From assembly GCA_964106645.2 (NCBI GenBank), contig OZ067040.1: DNA of 64,000 nt; one strand, written 5' to 3'. This stretch comes from Podarcis pityusensis. Its lineage: Eukaryota. Both the position numbers and the translations under genes were made by a program. Shown here one piece after another: positions 50,552-63,560 of the stretch; the first letter of the stretch is position 1; each line of letters starts with the position of its first letter. The notes below the pieces were generated by a model. That model was not told the origin of the DNA. It did not search any database and worked only from the letters and a program-made list of their open reading frames with translations.

Positions 50552-52526
50552 GCTCCCCACAAGCATCTTAATATCCTCAGCTCTTCTACTTGCAACGGTA
50601 CCGCTACAGTGATTTTTGATTCTCTGTGCTGGAGGCATCAGAGAGGGTAGCATCCCTGCATTTCAGGGGGTTGGACTACATGACCCTTTGTGTCCCTTCC
50701 AGCTCTCCAGTTCCATGAGTCTATGATCTTTAGCATCCCCACCACACCAGCCACAGGTTTGTGACTTCAGCAGCAGTACCTTTTGGGTCCTCGTTCTCCC
50801 CCTGCCCTCACCGTTTGGCTTTCCGAGCACAGACAGCAATAGCTTGTCTCCCAAGCGGCAGGGCAGCCTAATCCTTCTTCAAAGGTTTATAGTACGCCTC
50901 CCAAGTGTGCTCCTGCGTGTATCCCTTCCACGGCACCTTGCATTAAATGGTTCAGCATTACCTTAGCCCTAAGCAGACAAGGCAAAGCAAGGAAGCCTTA
51001 TCTAAGCAGTTCACAAAGGCAGGGAGAGATTATTACGCTTATTAAAATAGCAGAGAGCAACAGAGAGGCACCCAACCCATAAAGCAGGGAGGCAATTGAT
51101 GCTTTCGGAAATTGTGAAGGTTCTTCATTGCAGCCAAAGATAGTCTGAATGAACAAGGATTTCTAGTTCTTGCATCTCATTGAGACTGAGCATCCCTTCA
51201 GTTTCCCCTGCTGAACCATAGTTTAGCATTATGTAGATGAGCCTGAACAAACTCAGCCAAAGGGTTGGACTTCTGCACTCCCCCATCTCCTCCCACCAGT
51301 CAGCAGGAGGACCTCTGCTTTAGATCTCAAATCTCATCAGCTCTTGCCACCATGGACAATGGTCAGGGAGAGCCACCAATTCCTCCCACCCCGGTGATCT
51401 TCGGGTTATGTGCAAACATGACCAACCATCTTTTTTAAAAAATGGAAAAAAGAAGAAGCTGGGATTTTCTGCACACACAACACCACGTCTTTCTCAGTGT
51501 CCACCAAGCCATGATCATGTAGGTGCAGCTTAAATTTTTTTTAAAAAAATTCTTCAGGCAGTGACAAAACACTGCAAATACAGGAGTGGGGGAGGCTGGT
51601 TTGTAAGAACAGAGAAAGCCACACCAATTGAAAGCGAGTCTTGGATTCTCCAAACATCCATAACATCCATATACTTCTGCCAAGTGCACAAATGTTTAAA
51701 CCATTTGGAGGACCAACATCTCCTACAGGGACCTGTCTGCCCATGGGGAGAGGACCATCTCTATGTCCTGCTGCCGCTAGATGCCTGGCTGGTGATGCCC
51801 AGGTTTTGGAACTCCTGCCGGAAGGATCCGCTTGACTCCCACCATCTCTTGCCCATTGGCTATACTGGCCAACGCTGGTGGGAGTTGTAGTCCCAGACAT
51901 CTGGAGGGTACCAGGTTGGGGGAGACTGCTATAAGGGGCCCTTGGTGGGCTTCCTAGAGACATTTTATTCGCCACTATGGGAAATGGATGCTGGACCACA
52001 TGTCCAGATGTTTGGGACTACAACTTCCATTGGCCATGTTGGTTGCGGATGATGGGAAGTGGAGGCCACAATGTGGAGGCCACCACTTTGGTTTCCCCAA
52101 TAGGCTCTTTTTATGTCCTTACTCGGGAGTAAACAAGCACATGAACTTTTCTCTGGCTATGGTTTTATAGAGAGCAGTGCCTTGTAGGATCTTTCTGCAG
52201 AATTCAAAGAATAATGCAGGAAGCATGTTGCATTTGCTTTCCTGGGACTGCCACAGTCGCCCAGCCTTGTGTGGCAGCTGGCATGCCAAAGGCAGTGGCA
52301 GGGCTGCACCTCAAAATGGGAACATGTGCTCCATTGGGATGGAGCACACAAGGACGTGTCGGGGTACGCACAGTGCCTCTAAAACTGGGGTGGGCAGTAC
52401 ATCCGCCAACAACGAGCCTTTCGCGGGGTTACTGGTGCAAAAAGAACGAGGTCCGCAGTTCCTGTTGCTCCCGACTGGTTGGCAAGAGCAGCTTCTTTAT
52501 CCTGATGTTGTCGTTCTGAATTTCAG

Positions 52527-52569
52527 GTTAACTGACGGCAATGAGTACCTCTTCCAAGCCAAAGACGAT
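52527..52569 (+). CDS. SPTBN1: exon 24/25 PH domain (LTDGNEYLFQAKDD)
   Basis: ttcag| ... |gtaagt; 43 nt. Confidence 0.93.
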
Positions 52570-52679
52570 GTAAGTTTCTGTCCCTTGTTGGGTTCTTCTT
52601 CTTTTTCTAAAGTCATGTTGGTGCTACTGGTGTCTTGCTGTCACCGCGATCTCCTGAAGCCGCATTCTGCATAAAGCAA

Positions 52680-52835
52680 TAGGACATTGGAAGCTGCCAT
52701 ACACGAAATCATCAAACTCACTACTGTCGATACTGCTGGCATTCCAGACAGGGCACCTCTCCTGGCCCTCCCTGGAAATGCCAAAGATTGAACCCAAGAC
52801 CTTTTGCATGCAAATCATGTGCGTTGAGCAGCAGC
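52680..52835 (-). mobile_element. Squam3-like SINE
   Basis: Reverse-complement similarity to 6277-6458. Confidence 0.55.
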
Positions 52836-52859
52836 CCTTCCCCTTTTGAAATAATAATG

Positions 52860-52891
<32 letters not shown>

Positions 52892-53338
52892 GATATTTAT
52901 ACCCCGCCCATCTGACTAGGTTTCCCCAGCCACTCAGGGCAGCTTCCAGGAAAATATAAAAACAATAAAATGGCAAGCATTAAAAAGTTCCCAGCACAGT
53001 GTCTACTGAAGTGTTTTCCAAACTTGGATCTCCAGCTGACTACTAATTCCCACCATTTCCGACCACTGGACCTGCTAGCTAGGGATGATGGGAGTTGTAG
53101 TCCAGCAAGAGCTGAAGACCCAAATTTGGGAAACACTGGGCTTCTGGCTTGACAGACACCTTCGCTCTCCGCATATATGTTATGATATCGCAACGCCAGA
53201 CAGCTTTGGAATTTCTGTTGTGATGGGCACACACGTTTCAGGGGGTGCTTGCAGAATTTTTGCGGTGATGAGAGTGGGGGACGTAGTCTAAGCTCTACAG
53301 TCTCCACTGACCTTTATTCCAAGATAACCAACCCCTGG

Positions 53339-53695
53339 AGGGACGCGGGTGGCGCTGTGGGTTAAACCACAGAGCCTAGGACTTGCTTATCAGAAGGTCG
53401 GCGGTTAGAATCCCCACGACAGGGTGAGCTCCCGTTGTTCGGTCCCTGCTCCTGCCAACCTAGCAGTTCGAAAGCACGTCCAAGTGCAAGTAGATAAATA
53501 GGTACCACTCTGGCGGGAAGGTAAACAGCGTTTCCGTGCGCTGCTTTGGTTTGCCAGAAGTGGCTTAGTCATGCTGGCCACATGACCCAGAAGCTGTACA
53601 CTGGGTCCCTCAGCCAATAAAGCGAGATGAGTGCCGCAACCCCAGATTCGGCCACGACTGGACCTAATGGTCAGGGGTCCCTTTACCTTTACCTT
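53339..53695 (+). mobile_element. full-length Sauria SINE
   Basis: (ACCTTT)n tail; 14-bp TSD TAACCAACCCCTGG. Confidence 0.92.
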
Positions 53696-53808
53696 TAACC
53701 AACCCCTGGGGAAATCTCAGGAAGCCCTGGAGTCTCTTGCAGGTTGGAGTGGGGCTGTTTAAAATTTATGGTGTGAAAGTTGCCTTAGTTCACCAGAATC
53801 CCTTAAGC

Positions 53809-55271
53809 CAGTGGTTTTTAACCAGTGTGCCGTGGCACCCTGGGGTGCCTTCAGTGATGGTCAGGAGTGCCGCAAGCAACACTGGCCTCTGTCCCTCTTT
53901 CCTTCCCTCCCTCCTCTGATGCCCTCTCGCGTGTCTGCCTCCCAAAGGCTTGTGTGGCTGTTTGCTGCAGCAGCCCGGGCTACCAGCTCCCCAGGTGAAT
54001 GGTGCCTCTGGGACTGGCCAGGGGGCGCTGGTTGCCAGGAGCTGAGGCAGCCTTAGAGTAAACAGGCAAGCGGGTGAGGGAGCCCAGATGGTCAGTCCAC
54101 CAGCACTTGCTGTTGGAAATGGACAGACAAGTGGGAGGCCGGGCAGGCAGGCACTGGCCTTTGTTTTGCTTGCTGTGTGCGAGGCCTGCCTGACAGCATA
54201 GTGCCCGGTGCTGAAGGGGAACCTTTCCACCATGCAAGCCCAGCAGCGCCCACTGCTGCTGCCCAAAGTAAGGTGCCGGCCTCTCGTTCTCCTTTGGCCA
54301 GTCTCCGTTGGGCCACTAAGGCTGGGGCCATCCTCTTCCCAGGCCACTGTGAAGAGACAACTCTCTTTGGGGTGGGGTGGCTCAGAGACCAGTGGCGGCA
54401 GCAGCGGCTGCCCAGAGGACCCCCAAGGAAAGGAGAGGAGGCTGAGGGAACGCTCCACAAGAGAGGGTGTTCGAAAAAGGGTGAGAGGCTGTCAGCTCTG
54501 CAGGCAAGGGGTGATGTAACTGGGCTCCTGAGTCCCACAGGGGTGCGGCAGGAACATAGTACCCCCTGGCCAGTCCCAGAGGCACTTAGGACCCTCGTAC
54601 CTACAGGACCGCCTCTCCTGGTATGTCCCACGGAGGACCTTACGGTCTTCAAATAAAAACATCTTGGAGGTCCCAGGCCACAGGGAGGTTAGGCTGGCCT
54701 CAACCAGAGCCAGGGCTTTTTCGGCCGTGGCCCCGATCTGGTGGAACACTCTGTCACAAAAGACTAGGGCCCTGGAGGACTTGACATCTTTCCGCAGGGC
54801 CTGCAAGACAGAGCTGTTCCACCAGGTCTTTGGCCAGGGCACAGCCTGACCCCCTCCTTCGGTAATCCTCACAGAACTCTAGCCCAATGGCTGCCATTAA
54901 TTTGATTTTGAATTGATTTTAGAATGAATTGATTTTAGAATACATTTCAATTACAGTGGTACCTTGGGTTAAGCACTTAATTCGTTCCGGAGGTCTGTTC
55001 TTAACCTGAAACTGTACTTAACCTGAAGCACCACTTTAGCTAACGGGGCCTCCTGCTGCTGCTGCGCCGCCGCCGCACGATTTCTGTTCTCATCCTGAAG
55101 CAAAGTTCTTAACCTGAGGTACTATTTCTGGGTTAGCGGAGTCTGTAACCTGAAGCGTACGTAACCCGAGGTACCACTGTAATTGATTTTATGTAAACTG
55201 TGTTACTTTTATTGTGGTTAGCCGCTCTGAGCCTGGCTTCGGCTGGGGAGGGCAGGATATAAATTTAAAAA

Positions 55272-55304
<33 letters not shown>

Positions 55305-55588
55305 GTACAGTGGTACCTCTGTTTTCGAACGTAAGCTGTTCTGGAAGACTGTTCGACTTCCGAAACTTTCGAAAAGTGAGGCGCAAAGGGCAGCCTGCAA
55401 ATTGAGTAGAGAAAATTGAAAAAAAAAAAAAAAAAAAACCTCAGCAAAAGCCATTGACAGAATGCATTTAGTTCCGGGTTTTTTGGCGTTTGAAAACTGA
55501 AACGTTCAGCAACGGAGACTTTCGAAAATTGAGGTACCACTGTAGTTGGTTACGGGAACCATGGGCACAAAAAGGTTGAGAAGCTCTG
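53809..55588. mobile_element. hAT element hosting nested L2 and two MITEs
   Basis: Ends cagtggtttttaacc / ggttgagaagctctg; exact TSD CCTTAAGC (53801-53808, 55589-55596). Confidence 0.75.
55308..55542. mobile_element. Tc1/mariner-type MITE
   Basis: TA|CAGTGGTACCTC...GAGGTACCACTG|TA. Confidence 0.82.
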
Positions 55589-55690
55589 CCTTAAGCTATT
55601 TATTTTCAAAGCGTGGGAAGGCCTGGGGCTCCTTGAAATCTCTCTCTCTTTTTAAACACCTTCCTGTCGTGCCTCCCCCACCCCCCACAG

Positions 55691-55903
55691 GAGGAAATGA
55701 ACGCATGGATCCAGGCCATTGCCTCTGCGATCTCGGACAAAACCGAGTTGTCCACAAGCACACACAGCACCCCAGCGACGAGCCGCGCCCAGACCCTGCC
55801 AGCCAGTGTGACAATAACCAGCGAGTCCAGTCCTGGCAAGCGGGAGAAAGAGAAAGAGAAAGACAAAGAGAAGAGATTCAGCCTTTTTGGGAAAAAGAAG
55901 TGA
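55691..55903 (+). CDS. SPTBN1: terminal exon 25/25 CDS (EEMNAWIQA...RFSLFGKKK*)
   Basis: cacag| acceptor; C-terminus matches betaII-Sigma1; TGA 55901-55903. Confidence 0.95.
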   Translation, partial: EEMNAWIQAIASAISDKTELSTSTHSTPATSRAQTLPASVTITSESSPGKREKEKEKDKEKRFSLFGKKK

Positions 55904-57235
55904 ACTCCCTCCTATCTTTTACACGCTGCACCTCTCTCGACCGTTCCAGTGGAATTCCAGCATGCAAGCTCAGAACCAATACATTACTCTCTGTGCCTAA
56001 TGTTCCTCAATGTGATTTAATTTTTTTAAATTTTTTTATTTATAGAGCATTTAAAACAAAACAAAAAATACACAAAAAGATTCTAAAGTTACAAATACGT
56101 CTGAGGTGCGTTGGGCAGCTTCTGAGTAAAAGAGAAGAGCCAGGTTTTTGGGTTTTTTTCCTTTCGTTGTTTTCCTTCCTTTTCTTTCTCTGGTTTTTTC
56201 TTTCCTTTTTTTCTTTTTAACGAGGTTAATGTAGATTAGATCTTTACTATTTAAACTGTTCCTCGATTTTTTGAGGCTGTCTTGGAAAAAAACAGTGCCC
56301 CACCCCGCCCCAACCCATCACTATTTTAGTGTTATTGGAATACAAGGTGCTTGCAAAGTTCCTAAGCCCACACAGACAGACACGCAGAAACACACAGAGA
56401 CACTTTTTCCACTTCCGTCTGAGGTTGTCGTGCTGAGCCTTGGCTACTTGGTTCTCCCCACTGCGAATCTAACCCTGGTAAATGAAATGGTGGCATATAT
56501 TCTTCTACCGTGACAAAAGAGTGCAGCTCAACATTTAACGTACAGGCCAAAACCATTTCTATATCCGGGCATCTTGTTTATGTGAACTTAAACATGGACG
56601 TGATGCTTTCTACCCCCCCCCCCCGTCACCGCCCACCCCCTGCCAAAACCCCACATCCGGCAACGACAGTTAAGAATGTTGGTATTGGGAAAAAAGAAAG
56701 AAAGACTTAGCATACTGATAACGGTTTTAAATAATCTGTAATTTTGATTTTTTTTTTTTTTTTTTTGCTGAAATACATTATATTGTATGTTTCAGATAAT
56801 TCTAGTAAAAAAAGTATAATAAGGCTAGATGTATAATTAAAAAAAAAACAAAACCCTTTAAAATCATCGATTAAGTGTAAAAGTGGAACTGAAGCATTTA
56901 CTGGAAGAAAAAAAAAACAAAAACAAAAAAAATGTTACTCCAATGGTTAACTTGCTTGTCAGCAGCTACACTGTGTTATAATTTTGCTACATTACCTTTT
57001 GCTCTTTGATACATAGTGTGCATTTCTCTGTCACTGTAACTATTGTAATGAACAATTTTCATCTTACTGCACAATCAGAAAAAAAAGAAATACATTTAAT
57101 AGGAATGACTTCTCAATGACTGGGCCTGTAGTCAGGATAGTACTGGAACTGGCTTTCGGTTGTATGGAACTGTACCTCTAGACTTTTACCCTATCTGTTA
57201 AATATATGCTATGTCATTAAAATGCTTTTAAAACT
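55904..57235 (+). other. SPTBN1: SPTBN1 long-isoform 3' UTR; ATTAAA at 57216-57221
   Basis: TE-free AU-rich stretch after the stop, ending at ATTAAA just before the first SINE. Confidence 0.7.
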
Positions 57236-57319
57236 AACCCTGGTATGTTCAGATTCCTCCTTCCTGCTTCTCCCTTTAAAAAGTGGGTGGAGGAACCAGA
57301 TATTGATTTGGGGAGGGGT

Positions 57320-57652
57320 AGGGTGCGGGTGGCGCTGTGGTCTAAACCACTGAGCCTAGGGCTTGCCGATCGGAAGGTCAGTGGTTTGAATCCCCACGAT
57401 GGGGTCCCTGCTCCTGCCAACCTAGCAGTTTGAAAGCACGTCAAAGTGCAAGTAGATAAATAGGTATCACACTAGCGGGAAGGTAAAGGGCGTTTCTGTG
57501 CGCTGCTCTGGTTCGCCAGAAGCGGCTTAGTCATGCTGGCCACATGACCCGGAAGCTGTACGCCGGCTCCCTCGGCCAATAAAGCGAGATGAGCGCCGCA
57601 ACCCCAGAGTTGGCCACAGCTGGACCTAATGGCCAGGGGTCCCTTTACCTTT
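57320..57652 (+). mobile_element. Sauria SINE (internal deletion)
   Basis: Homologous to 53339-53695. Confidence 0.88.
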
Positions 57653-60600
57653 ATTATGGAAGGTCTTGATGAAATCTTATTTGGATGAACATGGGAAGCT
57701 GGGATTAGGTAGATTCCCACATGAGAGGAGAGTGGCACGGGGGGCGGGGGGGCGGAACAGATATTTCCTTTGGGTACAATCCTTTGTGAAGCAGTAAAAT
57801 TGGAAGGGAAATCAGGCATTCATACTTGACTCTAATTGAAACACAAACTATGTGCACTTAATGACCAACAAACATTATATATAACCTTCCAACAGTTTGA
57901 CTTCACCCCCAAAGGCACCCTCCTCCTTTGTCTCCCAAAATAGATAGATGCCAACCAACCAGACTATCTGCTCTTCCTTATAGATTCAACCTCCCAGGAT
58001 CCTAGCATGTCCATTGTCACCTCTGCTTTATATTATAATGAGTGTGACCAGCTGGCAGTGGAATTCACAAACAAAAAGATTTGACACCCTTTGCAAAACC
58101 TGGCATTCTGATCTTTTCTTTCTCCCTTCCCTTCTCTCCCCCTGCATCTGGACTTGTGGCTTTTGAGCATGGGAAGTAGCATTATACAGAGTCAGGCCAT
58201 TGACCCAACAAGCTCATTGCCATGTACACTGTGCCTTGCAACCTATCACCACCCCAAACCTTGCTATCTTCTTGGTAAGGCAGGTACTGCCTCAAAGCTG
58301 AAAAAGTTCCGTATTTACCTTTTTTGGCCAAATTACATCACGAGAATTAGGGTGCGCATTAGACTGGATGGCGCATTTACATCCGCCATCTAATTCTTCT
58401 TTGGTTTCAAGCTTTTGAAAATTGAGGTGCACATTAAATTCAGTGGTGCATTACATTCGATACTGTACAGTAATGCTTATTTTCAACTTCAGCTAAATCA
58501 CACAGTTTAGTTCTGCCATTGGTTCTAATGCAGAGACACAGTGCAATCTAGCAATTTGTTCCAAACATGGCAGCTGTGATGCACAGAAGCAGATCCATGC
58601 CTCCACATCTGTGACTTTACTCCGTGGGAATTAATAGGTAAATTTGCCAGCACAAGAGTATTTTGAACTGCAGCTCCTTTCCTTAAGGTTGCATGCACAC
58701 AATACAGTTAAAGAACATCTCTTGCCGCCACAAGAATCATGGGAACTGTAGTTTATTAAAGCTGCTGGGAACTGAAGCTCTGTGAGGGCTTAGCTATGGT
58801 CCCTAAGTATCTTTCAGAGAAAGCTGCTGTTTAAAACAACCTTCATTTAGCTGATTACAGGGCTGGTGTGAAGTGAACTGTTTTATCTGCAGTAAGAAAG
58901 AAAAGGCGCTTTTACAAAATGCAGGGTTTTTAAAAAAATGTTTTAGTAGTTGCCCTTTCTCCATGTATTTATACTTGATTCATTGCACCTTAGACATGGT
59001 GCTAAGTACCTGGAGGGCAATACAAATATTAGCAGATTTGGATTTCCCCACCCTGCAAAATAACATGGGTGGGATTCATCTAATTAACCCCACCAGCAAA
59101 AGCCCTGTGCAAGTGCTTCTCTCATTGGCTGAAATTGGCTCGGGGTGTGTGTGTCTGGAAAACCACTAGAATAGAGGAGGGGAGTGGGGTGGTTCCATCT
59201 GACAAGCTGATGCACATGTGCAGAGATTGAACATTTATAATAGTCTTCACATACACCATGCATCATGTTCAGATGTTGCCCATCAACAGTTAGCATCCAG
59301 ACTGCAGACAGAGCAAGGACACACTGGTCATGGTCTTTTCTACTGTTGTGAGATTTTTCCACTTAAATTATAATATTTATACATTTGCATATTGCAATCA
59401 CCAGGCCGCCTTCTAGGCTACACCCTTCACTGGTCTTACTCTATGCTCTTCTTAGGTGCTTTTACTCCACTCAGATGTGTTCCTGAACTAGCGTAATACT
59501 GTTTACTTGCAAGGATGGAGGGTGGAAAATGCCTTGCTCCCTGGCACCTTTAGCTAAACTATTTCTAGTGGGAACTTTGTCAGCTTCCCCAAGCCTCAAA
59601 GATCCACTTCAACGTACATCAAAGAGTAATAATACCACTTTTCTTCATTCCGTAACCAACAGCCGTTGGCCCAGTTTAAAAATAAATAGAATCACCTTTT
59701 GTATCATGCATCTCTCTCTGTGTGTGCTACTTTGGCACATTACCAGAGCAGAGGAAGCCCTAATGAACAAAGCATTTATGCTCTGAAAGCTCTGTTGCTG
59801 TTTATAGAAAGCTCAGCCATAGCAACCAAGAACAGGAGTGTCCCAACAGATCTTAACTGCCATGAGAGCTGTACTGGTGGTGTTGGTGGGGAAATAGTTC
59901 CTAGAGCAATTAGCTCGACATCCTCCTGCTCTGTTGAAATTCAACAGCTTAACTACATAATGCAGAAGGGTTTTAATGTGAAATGTAACCCAAATCAGTA
60001 CGATGGGGCTCTGGCGCTCCCCTCGCTTAGTCTCCTAGGAAATCAAAACACTGCTCTACACAGAATTTCACTAATGTGTAAGCGGTTCAGAGGAATATTA
60101 CCCTGAACAAATAAAGTTATCAGATCATTTCAGCAAAACATTTCACACTGCACCTGTCCGAATAATAGAAGCTGCAATTCTATGCAGATTTCATGCCCAC
60201 CCCCAGTATATTGACTTTTAAATCAACATTGTTTGGAATTTCTACATAGCATGACTTGGAAGTGCATTGTGCCTTTTTTTTTTTGAAACCACTGGGCACA
60301 GGAGCAAGAGAAATAATGCCTAATTTTAACAAGGTTATGTTCCTTACCAAATGTGCATCGATGAATCATCTAATCTATAATAAAAAAAAACCTCCAGGTT
60401 TCTTTGTAGGTTTGGTTGTGGGGAAATTTTCCATTAGAACTGCTTGGTGCACGAACAGGAAACCAGTGCGATTATTAAGTAAGGACTGTAACCTGGGCTC
60501 CAGGGAAACAAATCATGCCTCTGTATCAAGTAAAATAAAAGGTGGGGAGGGGGAGAGCATTGGAGGAGCTGCAAGTTGCCAGAGGGAAAAATAAGATGGA

Positions 60601-61025
60601 AGGAAGCTGGAGAAAACAAATACCAGCCTTCCCAACCTGGTGCTCTCCAGATGTTTTGGACTATACACTGCCAGGCAGCCCTAACTGACATACAGGCTCC
60701 CTGTGACTCCTAGGAAATCCAACAGCCAACAGGGGCAGACCTGTTTAGTTTCAGGAGTAGATCAGTGCCAAGTGCCCTTAGAAGGGAGGGGGGATTTCCC
60801 CCAAAAATGCCACTGTCCACCATGGGAAAAGTATCAGAGGCTGCTGGTCAGCAGCAGGTGCATCCCAAGCCTACCTGAGGAAGGTGAGGCTGTGAGCTCA
60901 GTGGGGAGGTAGTTCACACCCCAGCCATCTCCAGGGCACATGGCAGCCTTGGCCAACCTGCTGCCCTTCAGGTGTTTTAGACTACAACTCCCATCAGCCA
61001 CATTTAGCAGAGTCGTAATCAGATG

Positions 61026-61313
61026 CGTTCGAATCCCTGCGACGGGGTGAGCTCCTGTTGCTCGGTCCCTGCTCCTGCCCACCTAGCAGTTCGAAAGCAC
61101 GTCAAAGTGCAAGTAGATAAATAGGTACCGCTCCGGCGAGAAGGTAAACGGCGTTTCCATGCACTGCTCTGGTTCGCCAGAAGTGGCTTGGTCCTGCTGG
61201 CCACATGACCGGGAAGCTGTATGCAGGCTCCCTTGGCCAATAAAGCGAGATGAACACCGCAACCCCAGAGTCGGCCACGACTGGACCTAATGGTCAGGAG
61301 TCCCCTTACCTTT
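61026..61313 (+). mobile_element. Sauria SINE (5' truncated)
   Basis: Homologous to 53339-53695. Confidence 0.85.
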
Positions 61314-62092
61314 AATCAGATTTGTAGCGCTGGGGTGTAGAGCCGATGGGAGGGGTAGTCCAGAACACCTGGAAGGTGGCAGGTTAGGAAAGGTTTCTCA
61401 AAATTAGACTCGCAGATGTTGTTGGACTCCAACTCACATCATCCCTGACTATTGATCCTGATAGCTGAGGATGATGGGAATTGTAATCCAACAGCAGCAG
61501 AGAACCCAAGTTTGAGAACCCCTGCCTTATGGTATGCTTTGAAGCTGAGCTCTCACCTCCTCCTCACTGGTTTGGGGACAAAAAAGGCCCCATATATATG
61601 CAGTAATGTGTTGGAAATCTTGTTGCTAAACTGAACCAGAGCTTGTAAAATTACAAATTCATTGAAAGCTTTATACCAGCTACAAAATGTGCAAAGAGCT
61701 CACCATAAAACGTACATCCGAACCAACAGAATAAATTGTATACTGGCAAATGCAGGTTGCATAATTAAAGTGGGTTTGCTGCAACAGGCTCACCCCCCCC
61801 CCACCAAATAATGACCTTTGTTTGCGGTTCCCGTAAATAAATCAGAATAAATACTCATTGGAGAGGATCTCACTTCCATGAAAGCGGGCACAGAATTGCA
61901 GCCCAAGCCCCACTAAATTTAGGGTAAAGCTGAATTATAAGTAAAGATCAGGCTAAATCGGGAAGCTTTCCGAGCCTAAAAATATGCCACACACGGACAA
62001 GAAACTGAAGCGGCGCAAGGAGCGCGCAACCCCTGTGCACATTTACTCAGAAGTAAAATCCATTGTGGTCAGCGGTACTCCGACCACAATGC

Positions 62093-62958
62093 AGAATTCA
62101 TCATGCGAAAGGCTGGGCTGGATGAATCCCAAACCGGAATTAAGATTGCCGGAAGAAATATCAACAACCTCAGATATGCAGATGACACAACCTTGATGGC
62201 AGAAAGTGAGGAGGGATTAAAGAATCTTTTAATGAGGGTGAAAGAGGAGAGCGCAAAATATGGTCTGAAGCTCAACATCAAAAAAATGAAGATCATGGCC
62301 ACTGGTCCCATCACCTCCTGGCAAATAAAAGGGGAAGAAATGGAAGCAGTGAGAGATTTTACTTTCTTGGGCTCCATGATCACTGCAGATGGTGACAGCA
62401 GCCATGAAATTAAAAGACGCCTGCTTCTTGGGAGAAAAGCAATGACAAACCTAGACAGCATCTTAAAAAGCAGAGACATCACCTTGCCAACAAAGGTCCG
62501 TATAGTTAAAGCTATGGTTTTCCCAGCAGTGATGTATGGAAGTGAGAGCTGGACCATAAAGAAGCCTGATCGCCGAAGAATTGATGCTTTTGAATTATGG
62601 TGCTGGAGGAGACTCTTGAGAGTCCCATGGACTGCAAGAAGATCAAACCTATCCATTGTGAAGGAAATCAGCCCTGAGTGCTCACTGGAAGGACAGATCC
62701 TGAAGCTGAGGCTCCAATACTTTGGCCACCTCATGAGAAGAGAAGACTCCCTGGAAAAGACCCTGATGTTGGGAAAGATGGAGGGCACAAGGAGAAGGGG
62801 ACGACAGAGGGCGAGATGGTTGGACAGTGTTCTCGAATGAGTTCTACCAGCATGAGTTTGACCAAACTGCGGGAGGCAGTGGAAGACAGGAGTGCCTGGC
62901 GTGCTCTGGTCCATGCGGTCACGAAGAGACGGACACGACTAAACGACTAAACAGCAGC
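62093..62958 (+). mobile_element. Bov-B (RTE) LINE 3' fragment with RT motif
   Basis: 245-aa ORF with NINNLRYADDTTLMAE RT motif and Bov-B C-terminus. Confidence 0.93.
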
Positions 62959-62959
62959 A

Positions 62960-63560
62960 AAACCCATTGTGGTGGGCGGCGCTCCGAGTCCAGAATTGAA
63001 TCTTATTCAGTTTCCCTTTTATTCACTGCGCGCCATCCCCTCTCCAAACAAGCCACCCCCGCTAGGAAACCGCCCAGAGGCATCTCGCGCACAGACGGGG
63101 AACGAGCCAAGCGCGGAACAGCTCAGCCGGGCGAAGCGAGGCGCGGCCCCTTGCGCTCGGCACCCTGGGACATGGAGTCCCCCCGCGCGCTCTCCCCGCG
63201 GCGGCCGACGGGGCTTGGAACTGCGCTTCCCGTGAGCCTCTTGGCCACAGGCGGCTTGGCTCGGCGGGCGGGCGGGCGGGCGCGTGGGAATCCGCGGGGT
63301 TTCCAAGGGGATGCGCCAGATGCTGCTGCTGCTGGTGAGGCGATGGTGACGCAGCTGCGCTTTCCCTCCCTTTCCCGCCGAATGATGAGGCGGTTTCTGG
63401 CCGGGGCTGCCTAGGAGACGAGCGGAGGGCAGGGCGGGGACGAGGCGGCGTGACGCGCGGGGGGGGGGGGGAGAGCTGAGGCGGCCGAGGAAGAGGAGGA
63501 GGAGGGCGACGAAGGTCCATTCGCCTTGTCGTGCGGTCTCCTGCTCTCCTCCTCTTCTCC
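62960..63560. promoter_or_regulatory. CpG island, probable promoter/first exon of next gene (EML6 by mammalian synteny, unverified)
   Basis: Very GC- and CpG-rich; GGGCGG boxes; TGACGC CRE-like half site. Confidence 0.65.

Noticed and set aside
50240-61313. Repeated ~350-bp units, all on the + strand
   Set aside because: Dispersed Sauria SINEs, not an array or CRISPR; four copies are too few to claim strand bias.
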